NCBI GenBank assembly: GCA_951406725.2
Contig: OX597820.1
Coordinates: forward strand, 103,106,001-103,170,000
Direction of reading: 5' to 3'
DNA length: 64,000 nt
Origin: Octopus vulgaris
Lineage: Eukaryota
Shown here: positions 56,850 to 64,000 of the stretch, piece by piece
How the letters are laid out: each line of letters starts with the position of its first letter
How positions within the stretch are numbered: position 1 is the stretch's first letter
The notes under the pieces: generated by a model
The model's input: the letters and a program-made list of their open reading frames with translations, nothing else
What the model was told of the DNA's origin: nothing
Database searches by the model: none
Program-made: the position numbers and the translations under genes

Positions 56850-57065
56850 AGGACCTCATCAGACCTTCTTATATGTCAGTCCCTCTACCTGTGCTCCCCA
56901 CTGGCTATTTGGTTTCAACATCCACCATATACTCTCAGCAGATGTCTTCTTGCTATATGTCACTCACTACTATCCTCTCAAGTGCTGGTACTGCAATAAA
57001 ATGCTCACAGTCAGCTCTGCTAAGCATAGAGTTGAGAATGCATTTTAGTTTATCAAACACATAAT

Positions 57066-57277
57066 ATATTTCTTTACTGCCCACAAGGGGACAAACAAGG
57101 ACAGACAAACGGATTAAGTCGATTACATCGACCCCAGTGCGAAACTGGTACTTTATTTATCGACCCCGAAAGGATGAAAGGCAAAGTTCGACCTTGGCGG
57201 AATTTGAACTCTGAGCGTAACGGCAGACGAAATACGGCTACACATTTCGCCCAGCGTGCAAACGTTTCTGCCAGCTA
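57066..57277 (-). mobile_element. tRNA-derived SINE
   Basis: Same family as above. Confidence 0.85.
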
Positions 57278-57471
57278 GTCTTTCTATTGATGGTACGATA
57301 CACTCTGTGGAGTGGTTGGCTTTAGGAAAAGAATTCCATGATAGAAACCAAACCAGAAATTAAACTTGCACTCTAGAGTTCCTTGACCCATATAGGGGTC
57401 AGAAATAGCCCATCTAACCCATGCCAACATGGAAATTACACTTCAAACAGCAGATCAAAACGTGTACATAA

Positions 57472-57820
57472 TTACCTTCGCCAAGGAAGGAGGTTATGTT
57501 TCCATTCTCGTTAGTTTGTCCGTCTGTGTGCAAAATAACTCAAAAAGTTGTGAACTGTATTTGATGAAACTTGCAGGAAAAGTTGGTAATGACACAAGTA
57601 GCAGATGATGAAATTTTGGTAGTGATTTGAGAATTTTTATAGATTCCTGAAGGATTTTTCATTTGTTATATTTACTATATATGAAGTATTACAATGTGAC
57701 GTTCTTTGATTATCTCCTTTGAAAACACGTTCATTGTTTCCATGTAACCTATGGTGGCATTGCTGTTTCCAAAGTTTTATTTTCATTTCTCTATTAGTAA
57801 TTTTATTCGCGTATCTATAG
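57472..57820 (+). mobile_element. Non-autonomous Helentron (HINE-like), second copy
   Basis: Highly similar to 36020-36370. Confidence 0.7.
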
Positions 57821-57929
57821 TCTCTTAAGGGTTGATTGATACTATACTGACTACAGAGGGATCTAAAGTAGGTAGGTAGGTTTAGTTTCATAAGTAGACA
57901 GATACCTCTTTTATCTTTGCCAAGGAATC

Positions 57930-58165
57930 ATCTGATCATCGTCCTTGGTGTATTTCAACATGGATCTCCTTGATTCCCCTAACCATGAGATCTTAACAAC
58001 TATTAACCAGTCTGGGTTCAACCAACTAGTCCAAAAACCTACCACTGTTTATGGAAGCCTGCTAGATCATGTTTACATGAACTAGGATCAATGTTCACAA
58101 GTCACTGTAACTAACTGTTACTTTACCATCCATAATGTTGTGTGTGTATCACTCAAGCTGGCTTG
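57930..58165 (+). mobile_element. APE-type endonuclease C-terminal fragment (Helentron-like)
   Basis: IIVLG.FNMDLL...GFNQLVQKPTTVYGSLLDHVYMN*...CYFTIH, located between two HINE-like starts (57472 and ~58260). Confidence 0.55.
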
Positions 58166-58382
58166 CTATTGTCATTGATGTATTATAACTGCTTCAGATG
58201 ATTCCTGTTTTTAAAGGGTTTTTTTTCTTTAAATCATATGGCTGTGTTTTTTTTTCAATCCTGCCAAGGAGGTTATGTTTTTGCCAGCATTAGTTTGGGA
58301 AATTAGGCAATTGGGCAATTTTCAGCATGCGTGTATATGGGTGGAAATGAGCAGCTCTCCGAGTGCTTTTTTTAGTCTATAT

Positions 58383-58636
58383 TGCCAGCCTCGTCTGGCC
58401 CTTGTGCCGGGGGCACATAAAAAGCACCATCCGACCGTGGCCGTTTGCCAGCCCCGTCTGGCACGTAAAAACCACCCACTACACTCATAGAGTGGTTGGC
58501 GTTAGGAAGGGCATCCAGCCGTAGAAACATTGCCAAATCAAACTGGGCCTGGTGCAGCCTTCTAGCTTCCCAGACCCCAATTGAACTGTCCAACCCATGC
58601 TAGCATGGAAAGCAGACGCTAAATGACGATGATGAT
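58383..58636 (+). mobile_element. RTE-like LINE/SINE 3' end with a (GAT)n tail
   Basis: GAGTGGTTGGCGTTAGGAAGGGCATCCAGCCGTAGAAAC...CCCATGCTAGCATGGAAAGCAGACGCTAAATGACGATGATGAT; reverse copies at 61160 and 63810. Confidence 0.7.
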
Positions 58637-60490
58637 TATGTACATACAAACGTGGAACAACATTCATTATGGGATTTAGCCTTGGGAAACTTCTTCAAGA
58701 TTTTGCGTTAAAACCACCTGTTCCAAATAATGTCAACAGACTTTCAGCTACTAATGTTTCAGTTTTATTTGGTTCCTCAGTGGCAAACAACTTATCGGTC
58801 AACTGGAGCGAGCTAAAAACTTCTGTCAGTATATAGGAATGAGCAAACAAAACATTTGCTGATTTATGCAGAAGCATATCAGGCTGAAGTTAAAGCAGTT
58901 TTTGCATTTGAACTGCAGAGTTTAAAATAATGATGTGTTCATGTTTGCACACTTACACCCTATCATCCTTAATCTCAAACACATACTTTCTGCTATCCTG
59001 AGTGTCACTGGTTACATATTACAGTGGGAGTGAGAAAAGGAGTGTGATTTAGAGATGAGCACTAGAAGCATGAATTATAAAGGGTAGAGTGCTTAAGATG
59101 TAGTGCTTGTAGGATATGAAGATAGGTAAATGAAAGATGAATGTGTGATATAAGGGAAAAGGATAGGAGTGTTAGGGAACATCCATTTCACCATACCTGA
59201 ACAGGTAGATAGGTCTTCTCCTATCAATATGTTGCCAGTCAACATAGTCTTATGTTGTCTCCTTCTATCACACCTTGCATACTTCTCTTTTTTCTCTTAG
59301 AATCCTCACTCTTTCCTCCTCTATGACTATTATCTTTTCATCTCTCATAACTCCTCCCCCTTTCTCCACTCCCAGGGTAGACTTCTTTTTCATCATCCAC
59401 TTCACTCTGCCCTCTTTTCTAGGACCACACATATATAAGTATATAAGATGCTCCACTGGACCGCTCTCACTCCCAGTTACCCTGTACACTCTAGCTTCAT
59501 CTGGTCATACACATCCAACAATACTACCTACTGGCCCATCTTCGGGGGTCAATTTATTACTACACAATCCCTACTCTTTCCTTTATCTCACTACCTATCC
59601 TTACAACTCTAGGGCACCTTCCAGCCTTTCTTTCACTCCACTGCTCCTGTTGCATTCACCAACCACTCTCTCTCTCCACAACCTCTTTATCCAGCCGCTT
59701 TCTCCTCATTCACACTCTGTTCTTCCCCCTTACTTCTATTATACCCTTCAGCTTCTCTTTTCTTCATTGTTTTTACTTCATTCACCCACTGCTCCCTCAC
59801 CTTCTGCTTAATTTTTCTTTCATTCTTCCTACAGCTTCTTCACCTTTTCAACACCCATTCCAGCATACTCTCACAACCTTTCCCACATCTCTTTTTCCTT
59901 CAATGACCATCCAGATTCCTTAACACCTTGTTTATTTCTTCCTTTCTTTCTCTCATACTTTTTGCCATATTTGCCCCTAAAATGTAGACTAGCCTTGGAT
60001 CCCCACCACTACCATTATACAACCCATCTGAACACCTTTCCACTTTGTCTGTCCCTTTCTCACTAACCCCTGATGCTAATCTTGTGTGTGTCTGGGAGAC
60101 AGAGAGATAGGTTTTTTTTCTGTTTTAATTTGCTTCTTGACTTCTTCATGTAATGAAGGTTACTTTTCTTCTTTTTATCTATTGTTTGTAAAACATTATC
60201 ATTTTGTTTACATTAAATCTTTTCCTATTGTTTAATGAATGCCTTATCAAGATAATCAACAAATATATGCATCATCATTTCTTTCTAATGCTAACATGGG
60301 ATGACAAGTTGTCATGACTCAGTTCTTACTTAGATTTACTACCTTCATAGATGGCGGATCAAACATATTTTCTCACTTTAATCTAAGGATTAGATTACTC
60401 ATCTATTAAGAGGGTGTATATTTTCTAGATGACAGTTTCAAGCTGGGAGAATTGTTCGAGTGTTGAAAAAGAAAGAAAGAAAAAATAGCC

Positions 60491-60718
60491 TTAACTCTTT
60501 CGATATCAACCCACCTGAAACTGCCTCTGGCTCTGTAGTACAAATGTCTTGTTTTCATAAGTTTTGAATTAAAATCTTCCACCAAACCTTAATCACAATT
60601 TATGTTCCTAATATTAGCTTAATGATAACTAAGTTATTTTACTAAATTCTTTGTTATATCCAAAATTAATTGAAAGAAACACAATATCTCAAAAGAAATA
60701 AGGTAACAAAAGGGTTAA
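60491..60718. mobile_element. piggyBac-type MITE
   Basis: TTAA|CTCTTTCGATA ... AACAAAAGGG|TTAA termini. Confidence 0.6.
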
Positions 60719-61159
60719 GCTACTTGTTCCAATTCTTTTCATTCATAGTTCAGATCCTGCCAAAGTCCTCTTGTCTTGTCTCTGGGCTCAATAAACTAAC
60801 ATGGCAGCCTAAGATTAAGATTGATGCCAAAACTATTGGATTAGATTAGAAACAACATTCTCACACATTTCTCTCTCTGTGTATACAGGTAGATAGATTG
60901 ATTGAGTTTCATTTTGCTTAGTTTCTATGACTGGAAGCTCTTTCTGTAACCAACCTCTTTACAGTGTGTACTGGATGCAGTTTATTTTCGTACCAACATT
61001 AGAGGCGTTGTCATGACCTCAACAGCTCTAGACTTAATTGATTCAAGAGTTGAGAATTTTGTGCTTGGCACTTAACAAATTTTGGCCAATGAGTCATTTT
61101 GTAATGTCTGCTGATTAAATTGAAAACAGTATATATACTCATGTTTTGGTTTTACCAAA

Positions 61160-61772
61160 TCATCATCATCATTTAGCGTCCGCTTTCCATGCTAGCATGG
61201 GTTGGACGGTTCAACTGGGGTCTGGGAAGCCAGAAGGCTGCACCAGGCCCAGTCTGATCTGGCAATGTTTCTACGGCTGGATGCCCTTCCTAATGCCAAC
61301 CACTCCGTGAGTGTAGTGGGTGGTTTTTACATGCCACCGGCACAGGTGCCAGGCAAGGCTGGCAAATGGCCAGGCGAGGCTGGCAACGGCCACGATCGGA
61401 TGGCGCTATTTACGTGCCACCAGCACGGATGCCAGTCAGGGCAGCACTGGCAATGGCCACGATCGGATGGTTCGCTTACGTGCCACCGGCACTGGTATCA
61501 CAGCTGCAATTTCCATTGATGTTGATCGACTTTGATTTTGGTTCCAATTTCCACTTGCCTCAACAAGTCTTCACAAGTGGAGTTTTGTGTCCCAAGAAGG
61601 AAAGGTATGCATAAGTCAACTGGCTACATCCCAGGTAGAGGCCATGTGTTATGGTCTCACTTGTCCTGCCGGGTCTTCTCACACACAGCATACTTCCATA
61701 GGTCTCGGTCTCTAGTCATTTCCTTGATGAGACCTAAAGTTCAAAGGTCGTGCTTCACCACCTCGTCCCAAA
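61160..61772 (-). mobile_element. RTE-like LINE 3' end with internal ~60-bp tandem repeats
   Basis: (CAT)n tail; the minus strand ends with coding WDEVVKHDL...MTRDRDLWKYAV, typical of an RTE C-terminus. Confidence 0.75.
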
Positions 61773-62044
61773 TGTGTATGTATATATATATATATATATA
61801 TATAAAAAACATTTACACACACTCACAAACACATAGTGATTGCTCCATCATCATAGATGATTACCATCTTTTTATGTTTCATTGTCATTGGTATTTATGG
61901 CTTTCCATCCATGACCTCTCAGATGACTATTCAGTATCGCTGCAGATTTACATGGTTTGAAGCATAGGTGACTGCCAAAAGTTGTAGCTTTCAACTGGTT
62001 AGGTTTGCATACATTGTCACTCTTCCATCACCATAAGACTTTCT

Positions 62045-62620
62045 TCACAGGTCACCAGACTCAAGCGCTCTTTGGCTGAAGGCAATGAGCTCAGCCATTG
62101 CCCTGCTATCACCAATGCATCTTTCCTTCTGTTTATCACTGAGCACCCTGGGAACAAACTTTGCATAGATTTTGCACACGTTCAGATCTTCATGAATAAT
62201 GCTGTGTTCAGTTGTCATACCAACTCCAGATTGTATACTTATTGTCTTTCTTGACACATGATGGCCTTCATACAGAAAATTTTGAATTTTCTCAACCAGC
62301 TCTGATATTCTGGCACTCTCTCACCTCCTGTTTACTGTCGTTGAACCTCTTATGCCAGTGCAAAACGGATGCTCAGCCTATACAAATTAACCCATGAACA
62401 ATCTGGAGCATTTCATAAGTTTCTATTGCATTTTTGTCCAGTTTAGTATATTCTGCAAACAAGTTAGCTATGACAAGCAATGTTTACTAGAGCGTGTTTA
62501 ATGTAGAATAAAACTAAGTTAGTATGTCAGCTTATTAGAAGTATAGTAATGATAATAATCTAGGACAGTCAACTAACTCTCCTAAAAAGAAAAAGCTCAA
62601 AACTTCTAGAATACACCTCA
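62045..62620 (-). mobile_element. Mariner transposase 5' remnant
   Basis: IIHEDLNVCKIYAKFVPRVLSDKQKERC...LVTC (WVPHxL-like motif). Confidence 0.65.
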
Positions 62621-62830
62621 TAAAATCTGCAGTTTCACCTGAGTATTGGTCATTGGCCTATCATTAAGTACAAATCAACAGAAACTCCGAAAGTAGTACT
62701 TGTGTTGTACAAGTATATATATATATACCTGCATGTACATATATGTGTTTGTGTGTGGGAGTGTTTCTCAACCTCTGTCACTACTACCATTTTTAATGTT
62801 CAATGCCATGCTTGCACAGGTAATCAAGTC

Positions 62831-63222
62831 TTTTATCAATTCAAAATGAACAATTAAATTACACCATCTAGAAAATTACATATAATAGAAAAATTAAAAT
62901 AACAATAAAATACCAATGATTAAGTAAATTGCAAAAAAAATAATAAAAACGTATATAATTGGTAAAAAATCAGGTTAACCTGATGAGTGGCTATCTTTAT
63001 ATCGAAGTGATTTTACTACTACTATTAATTTTTTTACTATAATCATTTCTTAAATACATTTAGCCACAAAACACATCTCGTTATTCTACCAATTATATAC
63101 GTTTTTATTATTTTTTTTGCAATTTACTTAATCATTGGTATTTTATTGTTATTTTAATTTTAATATTTTCATTATATGTAACTTTCTAGATGGTGTAATT
63201 TGTTCATTTTGACTTGATAAAA
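62831..63222. repeat. Long inverted repeat (~135-bp arms) with a decayed hammerhead in the spacer
   Basis: 62831-62964 is the near reverse complement of 63087-63222. Confidence 0.85.
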
Positions 63223-63245
63223 GGTGTTTTTTTTTTCTGATTTTT

Positions 63246-63285
<40 letters not shown>

Positions 63286-63809
63286 TATATACACACACAC
63301 ACGTATATACACACATATATATGTATGTATATTTATGTGTATGTGTCTTTGTGCCTGTGTGAAGTTCTCCCCACCACCATCATTTGACAACTGATGTCGG
63401 TATGTTTACATATCTGTAAATTAGTTGTTTGGCAAAAGAGACCGATAGAATAAAAAGATGGTGCTCCAGCATGACCACAGTCAAATGACTGAAACAAGTA
63501 AAAGAATTGAAGAACATATATATATATATTACTCATGCTTGAAGATGCTGAAATTGAATCCAGAGAATTGAAGTTAATGAATGTCTCTGATCTATGAACC
63601 AAACCCAAATTGTTAAGGGTAGATATTCATTAGCCTTTCCCCATTTCTAAGTGGATTTGAACTAAAAGCTTGTTATAGACTTGTAATTACATAAAGTAGG
63701 AGTTTTCAACCAAGGGTGCAGTATGAAACCTAAGGCTTGAGATATCAAATTAATATCATTTTCTGAAAATAGATATGACACTATCCTCATGTTTTATGGT
63801 TTTGTTTTC

Positions 63810-64000
63810 ATCATCATCATCATCATCGTTTAACATCCGTTTTCCGTGCTAGCATAAGTTGGACAGTTTGATTGGGGTCTGGGAAGCCAGGAGGCTGCAT
63901 CAGGCTCCAGTCTGATCTGGCAGTGTTTCTACAGCTGGATGCCCTTCCTAATGCCAACCACTCCGTGAGTGTAGTGGGTGCTTTTTACGTGCCACTGGCA
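63810..64000 (-). mobile_element. RTE-like 3' end, running off the window
   Basis: Same family as 61160 and 58383. Confidence 0.7.

Noticed and set aside
58650-58900. Coding-looking 60-aa minus-strand ORF
   Set aside because: No recognisable family and no clear splice signals.
59275-59811. 178-aa S/P/L/F-rich ORF
   Set aside because: Low-complexity pyrimidine-rich tract that is naturally stop-poor; no similarity to the expected GNPTAB exon 2.

Overview
AT-rich, microsatellite- and transposon-dense animal genomic DNA. The SINE families and repeat landscape look like an octopus or other cephalopod (inference). About the first 54 kb is mostly decayed mobile elements: R4/Dong-like RLE non-LTR fragments in microsatellites, Tx1/L1-like elements, Tc1/mariner/maT, hAT, piggyBac-type MITEs, Helitron/Helentron derivatives, Penelope-like fragments, CR1 and RTE tails, and many tRNA-derived SINEs. 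I recognise one host gene: coding exon 1 of GNPTAB (54269-54391, +). It has a GC 5' splice site, a CLEAR/M-box-like motif and a uORF, and the rest of the window is probably its intron 1. Main findings: (1) a 2.56-copy, near-identical 535-bp tandem array (29056-30424) whose two complete copies each carry an intact type I hammerhead ribozyme, a retrozyme/circRNA-like locus, plus six other intact or decayed hammerhead motifs; (2) an ORF1-only Tx1-related retroelement nested in a Tc1; (3) a 73-bp satellite starting at TTAGGG repeats; (4) a large Helitron palindrome and an element with Helitron-like 3' ends at both termini. Everything was read by eye with no database searches, so repeat boundaries are approximate.
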